Part shown: piece after piece, positions 29,569 to 39,190 of the stretch
Layout: each line of letters starts with the position of its first letter
Numbering within the stretch: position 1 is the first letter of the stretch
Assembly: GCA_050747305.1 (NCBI GenBank)
Contig: JBOGNS010000009.1
Span: 1-61,265, forward strand
From: Candidatus Acidiferrales bacterium
GTDB lineage: Bacteria; Acidobacteriota; Terriglobia; Acidiferrales; UBA7541
DNA: 61,265 bases
Direction of reading: 5' to 3'
Notes under the pieces: generated by a model
What the model was told of the DNA's origin: nothing
Seen by the model: only the letters and a program-made list of their open reading frames with translations
The model's database searches: none
Translations under genes and position numbers: made by a program

Positions 29569-30027
29569 TCAAGTGCGCGGATGACCGATGGCGCCGTGAC
29601 ATCGAACGCATCCCGAAGCCGCCCCGGTAGCGTGCCGGCCATCCATCGCCTGCACAAGATCCGCATGACACTTCCGGCAACTCTGCTCGGCGATTTCGCG
29701 GTTGTGCGGCTTGATGCGCAAAGGGTCGGGAAAATCGCCGGTGGTAAACGCAAACGAATGCCAGAAACCGTTCGACACCTTCGTGGTGTACTTTCCCACG
29801 AATCCCGCTGGCGTATGACAATCGTTGCACACCGCCACGCTGCGATGGCTGGACTTAATCCAGCCGTCGAAATATTCCTGCATTACGTGGCAATTGGCGC
29901 AAGCCGCCGGGTCGTTCGCCAAATACGAATAGCCGCGGGCGTAGGCAAAGGTGTATGCGCCCACGCCGAGCGCGACGCCGAAAGTCGCTCCCAGCACCAA
30001 CAGCACAAAGCCAGTCTTGCTTCGCAT
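29569..30027 (-). CDS. nrfH: NrfH, tetrahaem NapC/NirT-family quinol dehydrogenase
   Basis: 152 aa with an N-terminal TM helix and four CxxCH motifs (CANCH, CNDCH, CRKCH, CVRCH). Immediately upstream of nrfA. Confidence 0.85.
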   Translation of the reverse strand: MRSKTGFVLLVLGATFGVALGVGAYTFAYARGYSYLANDPAACANCHVMQEYFDGWIKSSHRSVAVCNDCHTPAGFVGKYTTKVSNGFWHSFAFTTGDFPDPLRIKPHNREIAEQSCRKCHADLVQAMDGRHATGAASGCVRCHGAIGHPRT

Positions 30028-30170
30028 CGAATCTCGCTGCGCCGTGGGCGCTGACTGCGGATCTTTCGGCGGCCGCGTGGCGGATCGCCGCCATAAGGAT
30101 AACCCTCAGGCGCATGATAAACCGCTCGATGGAAAAAGTGATGGCGATTTGCGAATCCGGCGTTCCGCAG

Positions 30171-30683
30171 TCATGCTGCCTTGCGCTCGGACTGCCGTTC
30201 CGGGGCTAACTGCAGCGGATGCGAAGGATGAAGGCCCAATTCGAAGACGTCCATCTGCGTGCCCGGAAGGAAGCCGAGCGAACGCAGCAGGCGCAGCATC
30301 GGCAGGTTGTCAGGCTCGGTGATTCCCCAGGCGCGACGGATGCCCAGCTCACGAGCGCGATCCAGCAACGCCTGCATCAGCCGGCGTCCCAGGCCGCGGC
30401 CGCGATGACACTGATGCACAAAGACGACGATTTCCGCGGCATCGCCCTGTGGGCAGAGGATACCGTGCGCGACTGCTTGGCCCTCCCTTTCGGCGAGCAC
30501 GGCAGGGCATTCTGCAAGCCGATCAAGCCATCCTCCCACGTCGGTGCGCGGCGGTAGGCCAAGGAATCCGCCGCGTGGCTCGAATTGCTGGTAAAGCTCC
30601 AGCAAGCGAGTGCGATCCGCCGACTGCACATCGCGGACACGAGCGGCGAAAGTTCCGGCTTCATTGGCGGCGAAGGATTTCAT
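30171..30683 (-). CDS. GNAT family N-acetyltransferase
   Basis: 170 aa. Acetyl-CoA motif A: VFVHQCHRGRGLGRRLMQALLDRARELG. Confidence 0.7.
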   Translation of the reverse strand: MKSFAANEAGTFAARVRDVQSADRTRLLELYQQFEPRGGFLGLPPRTDVGGWLDRLAECPAVLAEREGQAVAHGILCPQGDAAEIVVFVHQCHRGRGLGRRLMQALLDRARELGIRRAWGITEPDNLPMLRLLRSLGFLPGTQMDVFELGLHPSHPLQLAPERQSERKAA

Positions 30684-31120
30684 GATTCCTCCTCTCTGGG
30701 CAGGCCCAGCGCCTGGCGCAAGACCCGCCGAAACTCTTGCACAGTCTCGCTGGAGTGCGGCGTTTCCACCAGGTCATAAGCACCCGCGCGCAATGCCTCC
30801 AGCCAGTCGGCTTCGGTCGGGCACGGCGAAACAAGGATCACTCGCGGCCACACAGGGAGATGCTGCTGATCCGGCGGGAGTGGGCTGTGCGCTACCCAGT
30901 CCACCCAGTTCCAAATCAGCAGGTCGCACCCAAAGAGTGCGTGCTCGGTGGCCGCGCGCGATGAAACGCGATGCGGCCGGCACCCCAATTCGGCGAGCAG
31001 GCACAGCAGGCGGGAACGAACTGCCGGGTCCGGCTCGATTACGTGTACGAGAGCGCCTGCGGCAACTGCCGGCCGCGGCGGCGCGGTGGGTCTTTCGAGC
31101 GACGTTGCGATGGCACTCAT
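30680..31120 (-). CDS. degenerate response-regulator receiver-like protein
   Basis: 146 aa with a REC-like pattern (VHVIEPDPAVRSRL...CDLLIWNW...VILVSP...AGAYDLVETP). The conserved KP Lys is replaced (ETP) and the acidic pocket is atypical. ATGA overlap with the GNAT gene. Confidence 0.4.
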   Translation of the reverse strand: MSAIATSLERPTAPPRPAVAAGALVHVIEPDPAVRSRLLCLLAELGCRPHRVSSRAATEHALFGCDLLIWNWVDWVAHSPLPPDQQHLPVWPRVILVSPCPTEADWLEALRAGAYDLVETPHSSETVQEFRRVLRQALGLPREEES

Positions 31121-31192
31121 GGTTTGTCTCCTTTCTTTGCTTTGCGGCTATTTCTGACTACTTAGTCATAAATAGCCGCAAAAAAAAATCCG

Positions 31193-31630
31193 TTAGCCGC
31201 GGCGGGCTTGCATCGCCTTTTTCCGCTCCACGGCGTGCGCCATATCGGCCAGGCTCGTCGACTCCAGGTATTTCTCGATCCGCTGCCGCACGTCCTTCCA
31301 CATATGGTGCAGCGGACACGGCATGCGGTCGGAGCACTCCGCAAGACCGACAGCGCACTCCTTCAGGCCGCTTAAACCATCAATCACTCCCACGATGTCG
31401 CGCAACCGAATTTCGCGCGCATCGCGAGCCAGCCGGAATCCCCCACCCGGCCCTTTCCGCGAGTGCACCAGCCCCGCCTTCGCCAGTTGGAACATGGTGC
31501 GTGCCAGAAAAGGCCCCGCCAGCCGCTCGCGTTTTGCCACTTCCCCGGCGGCCACCCAGCGTTCGCCGGATTGGCGCGCTAGGTAGGACATCGCGCGGAT
31601 GGCGTCTTCGCATGGCCTGGAGTAGAGCAT
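31193..31630 (-). CDS. Rrf2 family transcriptional regulator (IscR/NsrR-like, probable Fe-S)
   Basis: 145 aa. N-terminal winged helix (YSRPCEDAIRAMSYLARQ) and three clustered Cys (CAVGLAECSDRMPC). Confidence 0.85.
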   Translation of the reverse strand: MLYSRPCEDAIRAMSYLARQSGERWVAAGEVAKRERLAGPFLARTMFQLAKAGLVHSRKGPGGGFRLARDAREIRLRDIVGVIDGLSGLKECAVGLAECSDRMPCPLHHMWKDVRQRIEKYLESTSLADMAHAVERKKAMQARRG

Positions 31631-31832
31631 CGTTCACCTATTTCTGATTAAAGTATCATTATATAGGCTTCGTTTGTCAAGCATTTTTGGTTTCTTGGGG
31701 TGGGGCCGCCTGTGCGGTGCCGGGGGGAATCGATCCTGCGGCCTTGTTCGGGATTATTTGCTCTGTTACCATCTGCGCGCAAAGTTGCAGTCGCCACGCC
31801 CGCTCCAGCGGGCGCATTCTGGGGCAGATGGT

Positions 31833-34373
31833 TTGCGTCGCGTAGTCCAGTCCACTCTGCGAACTTGTGTCTCTGTGATGGCGCTGGCGCCGGTGTGTGC
31901 CTTCAGCGCCTGCGGTGGAGGCACCGTATCGAGATCAGCAGGCCCGCCCCCGCCTCCGCCACCGCCAATCACCGTTAGTGTGTCGCCCGCTGCGGCAAGC
32001 CTATTCCTAGGCGCTACGCAGCAGTTTTCTGCCGCGGTAACCGGCTCGCTCAACATGGCGGTGAATTGGACCGTGAACAACATTCCCGGTGGCAACGCCA
32101 CAGTGGGGACGATTTCCGCCGCGGGGCTCTACACCGCGCCGGCCAACTTACCGGCGGCGATGATCAGCGTGCAGGCCGCGAGCAACGCGGACCCCGCGAA
32201 GTCTGCGACAGCCAGCGTGACCGTGCAAAGCGATGTGGCGGTCAGCGTGTCACCCGCTGCGGCTTCGGTTGAGTTGGGCGCCCAGCAACAATTCACGGCT
32301 GCGGTGAGTGGCAGCGGCAACCCCAACGCGACTGTGACCTGGACCGTCAATGGCGTGGCGGGCGGCAACGCAATGCTGGGAACTGTGGACGCGAGCGGGC
32401 TTTACCTTGCGCCTTCGATTCTCCCCATGCCTGCCGCAGTGAATGTCACCGCCACTAGCGTGGCCGATTCCGCCAAAAGCTCCGCCGCATCCGCAACCAT
32501 CACCAGCAACCTCAGCGTTTCGGTCAGCGGGCCGGCGAACGTCGACAACGGGGCCGTGGCGCAATTCACTGCCACGGTGTTGCCGGCGCCGATGTCGAAC
32601 CCGAGCCTCGGAGTGACTTGGTCCGTGAATGCCATTACGGGCGGCGACGCAACGTTCGGCACGATTGATGCCGCCGGGCTTTACACGGCGCCGCTGCACT
32701 CCGCGCCGCCCACGGTAACCATCACTGCGGCCAGCTTCGCGGATCCGGCAAAGTCAGACTCGCTGGTGGTGGCCATCAATCCCGTCATTTCGATCAGCAT
32801 CTCGCCTTCCCCCACAGTGAACGTGCCGCTGGAAGGAATGCAGGCGTTCACTGCCACCGTGACCGGTACAACCAATCAGAATGTGATCTGGGATGTGAAC
32901 GGCGTCGTCGGCGGCGACCAAAACACGATCGGCGCCATCGACAATTCCGGCATCTACTTCGCGCCGATGAACATGCCCGCGCCGGGCGCCACGATCACCG
33001 TGCGGGCGGCGAGCCAGGCGGACCCAACCAAATCCGCCTCTGCCAGCGTGACGCTCATAAGCAACATCCTTGTGGGCGCAAGCACGCTATCCGGAGCGAA
33101 TGCTTCGGTGCGCGCCGTCGGCCGTCGCGAAACCATCTGCGCGGTGCTCTCCGGCACGACAAACCCGAGTCCGGTGCTGGGGTGGCGCGTCAACGGCATT
33201 CTTGATGGCGATGCGGTCGTGGGGCAGATTGTCTCCTCGCCGGTGATGCCATTGATGTGCCCGCAGCCGGGCATCGCGGGCGCATTCCTCTTTACGATGG
33301 ACTACGTAGCGCCGGTGGCCGTGCCGGCCACATATCCAGTGAAGGTGAGAATTTCCAGCGCGGCCGATCCCGCGAAGTCTGCCGAGGTGCAGATTATGAT
33401 TGTTTCCGCCGTTACTGTGACCGTGGCGCCGGCGAGCGTCACCGTGGCGCCGGGAGCAAGCGAGCAATTCTCAGCAACCGTGGTCGGCAGCCCTGATACA
33501 ACGACAAACTGGAGTGTGGCCGGAACCGGCTGCGGCGGCATGGCGTGCGGCACCGTGTCGATGAGCGGTCTGTACACTGCGATGCCGATGGCCACGGCGA
33601 TGGCCAGCGACACAGTGACGGCGACCAGCCAGGACGGCGGCGCCAGCGACTCGGCGACGGTGACGATCGCCGGTCCAGCGCCAGTGATCAGCGGGCTGGC
33701 GCCCGGCAGCGCGAACGCCGGCGCCGCTTCGCAATTCCTGTTGCGGGTGCTCGGCGTGAATTTCGCTTCCGGTGCGGAGCTCGTGATCAATGGTGCGTCG
33801 CGAAGCACATCCTGTCTGTCCGCGACCGAATGCACGACCACAATTCAACCGGCCGATGTGGCTGCCGCCGGCAGCATCTCGATCCAGATCCGCAACGGCG
33901 TGGCGCCCGCGGAGCATTCCAACGCAGTCGCTTTCGAGGTGGTCGCTCCAGTGACCACCGAAGAAGTGATTCTCCTCGATGCAGCAGCCCCGCAAGCGAC
34001 GGGCAAAGACATCGCCGTCGTTGATTTCGTGCCCGCACCCGGCGCTGAAAATAACGTGACGCTGCTGGGTCTGTTCGTCAACAACAACTGCAATGCCAGC
34101 GGCGGACCGGTGACGATTCAGCGGCCTCCCTCGGCTGCCACGAACTTTACTCTCTGCCTCGGCGGTGCGGATGCTACGCAGACTTTCACGCTCAGCGGGC
34201 CGAGTTTGCCGGACATAACCATCTCGAATGTGCGGCCGCTCCTGCTGGGCTTCGTGCAGGTGCAACTTACGCTGAACGTGCCGCACAGTGCGCAGCCCGG
34301 TTTGCGCACGCTGTTTGTGCGCGATTCCAACGGCAATACAACGGCCGTCGCGGGCGGGATCGCGGTGAAATGA
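31833..34373 (+). CDS. surface/lipoprotein candidate with about 7 tandem Ig-like repeats and C-terminal IPT/TIG-like domains
   Basis: The ORF opens at 31674. The TTG at 31833 gives LRRVVQSTLRTCVSVMALAPVCAFSACGG, which is lipobox-like; the ATG at 31878 is an alternative start. Recurrent motif TVNG(V/I)xGGxxxxGTIxxxGLYTAP. Confidence 0.65.
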   Translation: MRRVVQSTLRTCVSVMALAPVCAFSACGGGTVSRSAGPPPPPPPPITVSVSPAAASLFLGATQQFSAAVTGSLNMAVNWTVNNIPGGNATVGTISAAGLYTAPANLPAAMISVQAASNADPAKSATASVTVQSDVAVSVSPAAASVELGAQQQFTAAVSGSGNPNATVTWTVNGVAGGNAMLGTVDASGLYLAPSILPMPAAVNVTATSVADSAKSSAASATITSNLSVSVSGPANVDNGAVAQFTATVLPAPMSNPSLGVTWSVNAITGGDATFGTIDAAGLYTAPLHSAPPTVTITAASFADPAKSDSLVVAINPVISISISPSPTVNVPLEGMQAFTATVTGTTNQNVIWDVNGVVGGDQNTIGAIDNSGIYFAPMNMPAPGATITVRAASQADPTKSASASVTLISNILVGASTLSGANASVRAVGRRETICAVLSGTTNPSPVLGWRVNGILDGDAVVGQIVSSPVMPLMCPQPGIAGAFLFTMDYVAPVAVPATYPVKVRISSAADPAKSAEVQIMIVSAVTVTVAPASVTVAPGASEQFSATVVGSPDTTTNWSVAGTGCGGMACGTVSMSGLYTAMPMATAMASDTVTATSQDGGASDSATVTIAGPAPVISGLAPGSANAGAASQFLLRVLGVNFASGAELVINGASRSTSCLSATECTTTIQPADVAAAGSISIQIRNGVAPAEHSNAVAFEVVAPVTTEEVILLDAAAPQATGKDIAVVDFVPAPGAENNVTLLGLFVNNNCNASGGPVTIQRPPSAATNFTLCLGGADATQTFTLSGPSLPDITISNVRPLLLGFVQVQLTLNVPHSAQPGLRTLFVRDSNGNTTAVAGGIAVK

Positions 34374-34930
34374 TGCGTAGGATGCCGTACATTTCGTGCG
34401 CGCTTACGTTGCTGCTGGCGGCTGCGGCGGCGCAGGCCACTACGCTGCGCCGCATGAGCCTCGATGAGCTGACCGCCGATTCCGGCGTCGTGGCGCGCGT
34501 GCGCTGCATGGCCAGCGAAAGCCGCTGGGAAGGCGGCCGCATCTGGACTTTCACCACATTCGAAGTGATCGAAACGCTGAAGGGCCGTGCGCCCTCCACA
34601 ATTCGCGTGCGGCTGATTGGCGGCCGCGCGGGCAGCCTGACGTCTCGGGTGGAGGGCGTACCGCGATTCCGCGCCGGCGAAGAGACGTTTGTTTTTCTCG
34701 CGCCAGCGGCGCAGGGCGATTGGACGGTCACCGGCTGGGTGCTGGGCACATTTCGCCTCACGCGCGATAAGCGCACCGGACAAGAAGCTGTGACGCAGGA
34801 CACCGCCGGTCTCACGTTATTCGATCCGATCACACGACGCTTCGAGCCCGGCGGTGTGCGCCAGATGCCGCTCGACGACTTTCGCGGCCGCGTGAGACGC
34901 GCGGTGTCGCGCCGCGGAGCCTCGCAATGA
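34370..34930 (+). CDS. hypothetical secreted protein
   Basis: 186 aa. Signal peptide MMRRMPYISCALTLLLAAAAAQA. ATGA overlaps with both neighbouring genes. No family recognised. Confidence 0.6.
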   Translation: MMRRMPYISCALTLLLAAAAAQATTLRRMSLDELTADSGVVARVRCMASESRWEGGRIWTFTTFEVIETLKGRAPSTIRVRLIGGRAGSLTSRVEGVPRFRAGEETFVFLAPAAQGDWTVTGWVLGTFRLTRDKRTGQEAVTQDTAGLTLFDPITRRFEPGGVRQMPLDDFRGRVRRAVSRRGASQ

Positions 34931-36249
34931 ACGGCGCCAACCGCCGGCCCCGCGCAGCGGTAGGACAGACCTCCTGGTCTGTCCTGAGTAGCTACAAGTC
35001 GCGGCGCGGACAGACCGGGAGGTCGGCTCTCAGCCGCGTCCGAGCCCGACTAGGACAGACCGGGAGGTCTGTCCTACGCATCGCGCTCAGCGTGCTGCTC
35101 GCGACATCGTGCGCGTGGCAGGAAGCGAGCGCGTACACTCTGAATCGCACCGTCACGGATATGCGCGTCGCGGCAAACGCGGGGCTCGGCGCTTGCCCGC
35201 AACTGAACCGTTTTGACACCCAGACGCCGGGCAAACTGATCGACCGCCGCTGGAACACCACATTCGGCGCCAACATTCGCACCACGGCCACCCTTGCCGC
35301 GGATCGTGTGAATGAAGTCCGTCAGTCGGTGATCGCTTCGTTTGCGGCGTGGACCTCGGTTGCCAGCGCCGCGTTGGGGCCGGCCCTCGATCCTACACTG
35401 AACGAAACGACGCAGATGCCTTCGTGCGCCAGCAACGATGGGCTTAATACGATTTGCTTTGCGCAAAGCGATGCAGGCTTTTCGCCGGGCGTGCTCGCGT
35501 TCACGAATACGGTGACGTCGGACATCCTCGGCGAACAATTCCCAGCATCCTCGCCTTCCGTTTTCGTCGGTGAGATTCTCGATGCGGATGTGCTGTTCAA
35601 TCCCACGGTTACTTTCGCCACGCCCTCGGCGCTGAACTTCTCCGCGTTTGATCTGGAGTCGGTGCTGATTCATGAGCTGGGGCACGCATTTGGATTCAGC
35701 CACTCGGGCGTGTGGGGCGCCATCATGTATCCCTTTGCGCCGTTGCCGGGCCAATTCGCCGGAAGCCGCCCGACGGCAACCGCGCCGGATGCGCCACTTT
35801 CCGATGACGACCGCGCGGGCCTGCGCGTGCTTTATCCCGATGCGAACGACACGCTGCACACCGGCTCGATTCGTGGGCGCATCGTGCCGGTCAACCCGCT
35901 ATCGCTCGCGGGGCAGCCCACAGGCGTCACCGGTATTTTCGGCGCGCATGTGGTGGCGATTGACGACGTCACCGGCGCGGTAGCGGGCGCCACGCTGGCC
36001 GGCTGGTCGTGCAGCGACCCCGGGCCACCCGTCTTTGACGGCAGCTACGCCATCGAACGCTTGCCCGTGGGACGCAGTTACCGCGTGTTCGTCGAGCCAC
36101 TCGATGGCCCGGTTGACAGCGGCAACGTCAGCAACAGCATCCAGTCGCTGTGTCGCAACAACACTACCGATCCCGGCTGGCCCGCGCAATTTGCCTGCAC
36201 CGTGCCGCCGGTAAATACTACCTTCACCACGCGAGCAAAAGGCCAGTGA
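34927..36249 (+). CDS. matrixin-like (M10 metzincin) zinc metalloprotease with C-terminal CarboxypepD_reg-like domain
   Basis: HELGHAFGFSH zinc motif followed by a Met-turn (AIMYP). C-terminal GSIRGRIVPV...SYAIERLPVGRSYRVFVEP. The N-terminal 50 codons are REP-derived. Confidence 0.8.
   Translation: MNGANRRPRAAVGQTSWSVLSSYKSRRGQTGRSALSRVRARLGQTGRSVLRIALSVLLATSCAWQEASAYTLNRTVTDMRVAANAGLGACPQLNRFDTQTPGKLIDRRWNTTFGANIRTTATLAADRVNEVRQSVIASFAAWTSVASAALGPALDPTLNETTQMPSCASNDGLNTICFAQSDAGFSPGVLAFTNTVTSDILGEQFPASSPSVFVGEILDADVLFNPTVTFATPSALNFSAFDLESVLIHELGHAFGFSHSGVWGAIMYPFAPLPGQFAGSRPTATAPDAPLSDDDRAGLRVLYPDANDTLHTGSIRGRIVPVNPLSLAGQPTGVTGIFGAHVVAIDDVTGAVAGATLAGWSCSDPGPPVFDGSYAIERLPVGRSYRVFVEPLDGPVDSGNVSNSIQSLCRNNTTDPGWPAQFACTVPPVNTTFTTRAKGQ
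34960..35077. repeat. three GGACAGACC...GGTCTGTCC REP hairpins bounded by GTAGG...CCTAC (118 bp), inside the 5' coding region
   Basis: GTAGGACAGACCTCCTGGTCTGTCC (34960-84), a degenerate copy near 35008-35030, and TAGGACAGACCGGGAGGTCTGTCCTAC (35051-77). Translated as GQTSWSVL, GQTGRSAL and GQTGRSVL. Confidence 0.8.
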
Positions 36250-36329
36250 GTGAAGCGCCCGCGAACAGGTTTTGACAACGTCGCCGGCTCCATGTAGGAT
36301 CTAGTCAGTCTAGTCAGGAGAGGCTTACG

Positions 36330-36635
36330 ATGACAAAACCTGTTTCCCGCAGGCGGCGGACGGCAAAGAACCGGCCGAGGAAGCGCTGGCAACTGCAGAC
36401 CGCCAAAGCCCAGTTCAGCGAGCTTTTCCGACGCGCGCGCGCCGAAGGCCCGCAGTGGGTCACCCGCCAGGACAGGGACGCGGTTGTTGTGCTGCCCGCC
36501 GAAGAATTCGAACGCCTGCGAGCGCGTTCGCGCCAGCCTCTGAGTCTCGTAGAATTCTTTGCGGAATCACCGCTTGCCAGGGTGACAATCGACCTGGAGC
36601 GCCAGCCGGACTACGGGCGGACGGTCAAGCTGTGA
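36330..36635 (+). CDS. Phd/YefM-type antitoxin
   Basis: 101 aa. WQLQTAKAQFSELFRRARAEGPQWVTRQDRDAVVVLPAEEFERL. Its stop overlaps the vapC start (GTGA). Confidence 0.75.
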   Translation: MTKPVSRRRRTAKNRPRKRWQLQTAKAQFSELFRRARAEGPQWVTRQDRDAVVVLPAEEFERLRARSRQPLSLVEFFAESPLARVTIDLERQPDYGRTVKL

Positions 36636-37051
36636 GCGGTTTTCTGCTCGATACCAACATCATCTCCGACCTGGTGCGCACCAGGCCGGAGCCGAAGGTG
36701 GCGCACTGGGTTGCGGCGACGGACGAGAGCCTGCTCCATCTTAGCGTTCTCACACTCGGAGAGATTCGGAGAGGGATCGCATTGCTCAGGGACGCTTTAC
36801 GCCGCGTTGCGCTCGAAGCCTGGCTCGATAGCGACTTGGCCTTGCGTTTCGCAGGGCGCATCCTCCCGATTGATGAGGCTGTAGCGGATCGCTGGGGCCA
36901 CCTGACCGCGCGGGCACACCCGAGACCCCTGCCTGTGATTGACGCCCTTCTCGCGGCCACGGCTTTGCACCATAACCTCACGCTCGTGACCCGCAATACG
37001 AAGGATGTTGCGGCAACCGGCGTTCCCGTATTCAACCCCTGGCAGGCTTAG
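36632..37051 (+). CDS. vapC: VapC PIN-domain toxin
   Basis: GTG at 36632: VSGFLLDTNIISDLV... PIN acidic residues (LLDTN, LGEIRRG, LVTRNTKDV). Confidence 0.85.
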   Translation: MSGFLLDTNIISDLVRTRPEPKVAHWVAATDESLLHLSVLTLGEIRRGIALLRDALRRVALEAWLDSDLALRFAGRILPIDEAVADRWGHLTARAHPRPLPVIDALLAATALHHNLTLVTRNTKDVAATGVPVFNPWQA

Positions 37052-37192
37052 CAGGAATGCCTGAAGAACTGCCATCTCTGAAGGCGCTGTATGTCCAGGG
37101 CCGGGAACCCAATCGTTCCAAGCAGCGACCGAAGCGGTAATTCCTCCCGGACTGACGCCGGTCGGCAGGATGTCAACAGAGCCAACAAAAAG

Positions 37193-37220
37193 AAGAAACC
37201 CGGGTGAGCCCGGGTTTCTT
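37193..37220. terminator. bidirectional intrinsic terminator hairpin between convergent vapC and the pilX-like gene
   Basis: AAGAAACCCGGG-TGAG-CCCGGGTTTCTT is a perfect 12-bp stem, flanked by an A-run on one side and a T-rich sequence on the other. Confidence 0.7.
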
Positions 37221-37245
37221 CGGTTAGGCCGAGACGATGCGCGGA

Positions 37246-39180
37246 TTACTTCGCGCTCGTGTTGAACCAGCGCTGCCGCTGGGTATTGGAGTTAAACGTC
37301 GCGGTCGCAACTCCCGGCGGAGTAATACTTGTGGACGGGAACCACGGTGGCGCAAACCCCGCGGCAAAACGCCGGTCGTAGAACACGTTTCGGGTTACGG
37401 AGTTAATGTTCTTGATTTGGTTCTGAATACGGCCGCCGACGATGTTCAGCACGTCGAGACGCGACCCCACGTTGATCAGGCCGCCGGTTCCGCCGTTGGA
37501 TATAGTGGCCAGGCTGGCATCAATTTCCATCGTGGGAAAGGGCTGATTGTTATCCAGTTGGATATCGCCGGTGGCGGTGAAGATGCCAAGCACCTGCCCG
37601 CTGTCGTTGCCCGGAATCGGCGTACCCGGAGGCGTGCCCGGGCAGCACGGGTCGTTGGCCGTCTTGGTGACCGGCGGCGTCTTATAGAGCAAGTCGCCTG
37701 TGATGGTCACATCGCCGGAGGCCGTGACCGTGATCGAGGAGCCATCCTGAATGGCAGCGACACCCTGAGCCGGCCCGCTCATGGAAGTGATATCACCCTG
37801 CACGTAAAGCATGGTGGCATCGGTGGGCGGGGTCTTGGTGAAGTCCATCGGGACACCCTGGATCACTGTTGCTGGATTCGCGCCGGACTGCATCGTTGTA
37901 GTGCCGGCCGCGGGGTCAATGGTAATCGTCGTAGTTACCCCGCCCTGCGTGATGGTCATTCGCTGGCCGTCCGTGCCGACCGTGGACATCACTACCGACG
38001 CGTTGCCCTCAACGTAGATACCGCCACCGGTCATGGTCTTAACCCCGGTGACGGGATCGATGTCATAGGGCATATAGACGCCGTTGGCACCAACCGGGGG
38101 ATCGGGATAGGCAGTGCCGTTGATTCGCTTTAGCGCACCCTTCATTTCCGCAGACGTCACCGAATCTGCCTGGTTATCCCCGTTGATGTCTTCCATACCC
38201 CGCCCGTCGAGCACGGCGCGCTTTTGGCTGAAATCGTTCGTCGGAAGCAACACGCTGGCCGTGGCGGTCGAGTAGCCTGCCTGGAAGGTCGGGTCTATGG
38301 TCAGATTGCCGCGCGATTGCGGCGGCGTGGGATCCAAGCGGCAGGAGTTGTTGCTGAAGCGAAAGCCGAAGTCTTGATCCACTTGTGTAAGCGGATCCGT
38401 GAAGATGTAGGCGCCGCTGGTGCCGAAGGTCCAACCGCCATTGGTGTGCACCGGACCGCTGATGATACCCGGCGCAAGCGTGGAGGCGCAGGGTTGCTGG
38501 TCATCCACGAAGAAGCCCCAGTTCGCGAAGCTGACAGTCATCGGGGCCGCGGCACTGAGTGCGGCGTTCAGGATGATGCTGCCGCTTTCCTCGACTTCGG
38601 ATTCTTCGGCGCCCGTCGAGCGCCCACGCGCGTGGATCTCATAGACATAAATGTATTGGTAGCCGGTGGGCTGGCCACCAGCCGGGCACTGCGCCGGGTT
38701 GACTACCGGGGGACCCAAAGGGGCACACGACGTGACCACGGGTTGGATCCCGGCCGCCGGCGCTAGTTGAAAATTGTCGATGCGGAAGTTGCCCGGCCAC
38801 GAATTCGCCGCCCCACCGCTATTCAAGTTTGTGTATGCGCCATACTGGCCCAGGATCGCGGCCTGCACGGTGGCTGCGGCGTTGGCCGGCAGCGGCGGGG
38901 TTCCCGGCGGAAAGGTCACCGGCGCCAGTGCCGCCAGTTGGTTGCCCACCTGCTGGCGAACGATGCTGAGACCAGAGTCGGCGGAATAGAAAGCGCCGCG
39001 GTGGCTGCGGTAATGGCCGCCAATCAGCAAGTCCGAGCCGGAAGCCAGCACCATGGCCACGGCCAACGCCATCATCATCAGCAGCAGCAGCAGGGTAATA
39101 ACCAGCGCCACGCCGCGTTGCGAACTTTGTGGCCGCGGTGCCGTTACCGGTGCGCGCCGAGTTGTGTGCGTGATTTTCAT
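37246..39180 (-). CDS. PilX-like large minor pilin / pilus tip-associated protein
   Basis: 644 aa. PilX-type N-terminus QRGVALVITLLLLLMMMALAVAMVLASGSDL. Last gene of the minor-pilin operon. Confidence 0.65.
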   Translation of the reverse strand: MKITHTTRRAPVTAPRPQSSQRGVALVITLLLLLMMMALAVAMVLASGSDLLIGGHYRSHRGAFYSADSGLSIVRQQVGNQLAALAPVTFPPGTPPLPANAAATVQAAILGQYGAYTNLNSGGAANSWPGNFRIDNFQLAPAAGIQPVVTSCAPLGPPVVNPAQCPAGGQPTGYQYIYVYEIHARGRSTGAEESEVEESGSIILNAALSAAAPMTVSFANWGFFVDDQQPCASTLAPGIISGPVHTNGGWTFGTSGAYIFTDPLTQVDQDFGFRFSNNSCRLDPTPPQSRGNLTIDPTFQAGYSTATASVLLPTNDFSQKRAVLDGRGMEDINGDNQADSVTSAEMKGALKRINGTAYPDPPVGANGVYMPYDIDPVTGVKTMTGGGIYVEGNASVVMSTVGTDGQRMTITQGGVTTTITIDPAAGTTTMQSGANPATVIQGVPMDFTKTPPTDATMLYVQGDITSMSGPAQGVAAIQDGSSITVTASGDVTITGDLLYKTPPVTKTANDPCCPGTPPGTPIPGNDSGQVLGIFTATGDIQLDNNQPFPTMEIDASLATISNGGTGGLINVGSRLDVLNIVGGRIQNQIKNINSVTRNVFYDRRFAAGFAPPWFPSTSITPPGVATATFNSNTQRQRWFNTSAK

Positions 39181-39190
39181 TTCCTTCTCC

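Noticed and set aside
37065-37148. Small 27-codon ORF (MPEELPSLKALYVQGREPNRSKQRPKR) after vapC
   Set aside because: It has no ribosome-binding site and no recognisable family. It lies in a convergent intergenic spacer before the terminator.
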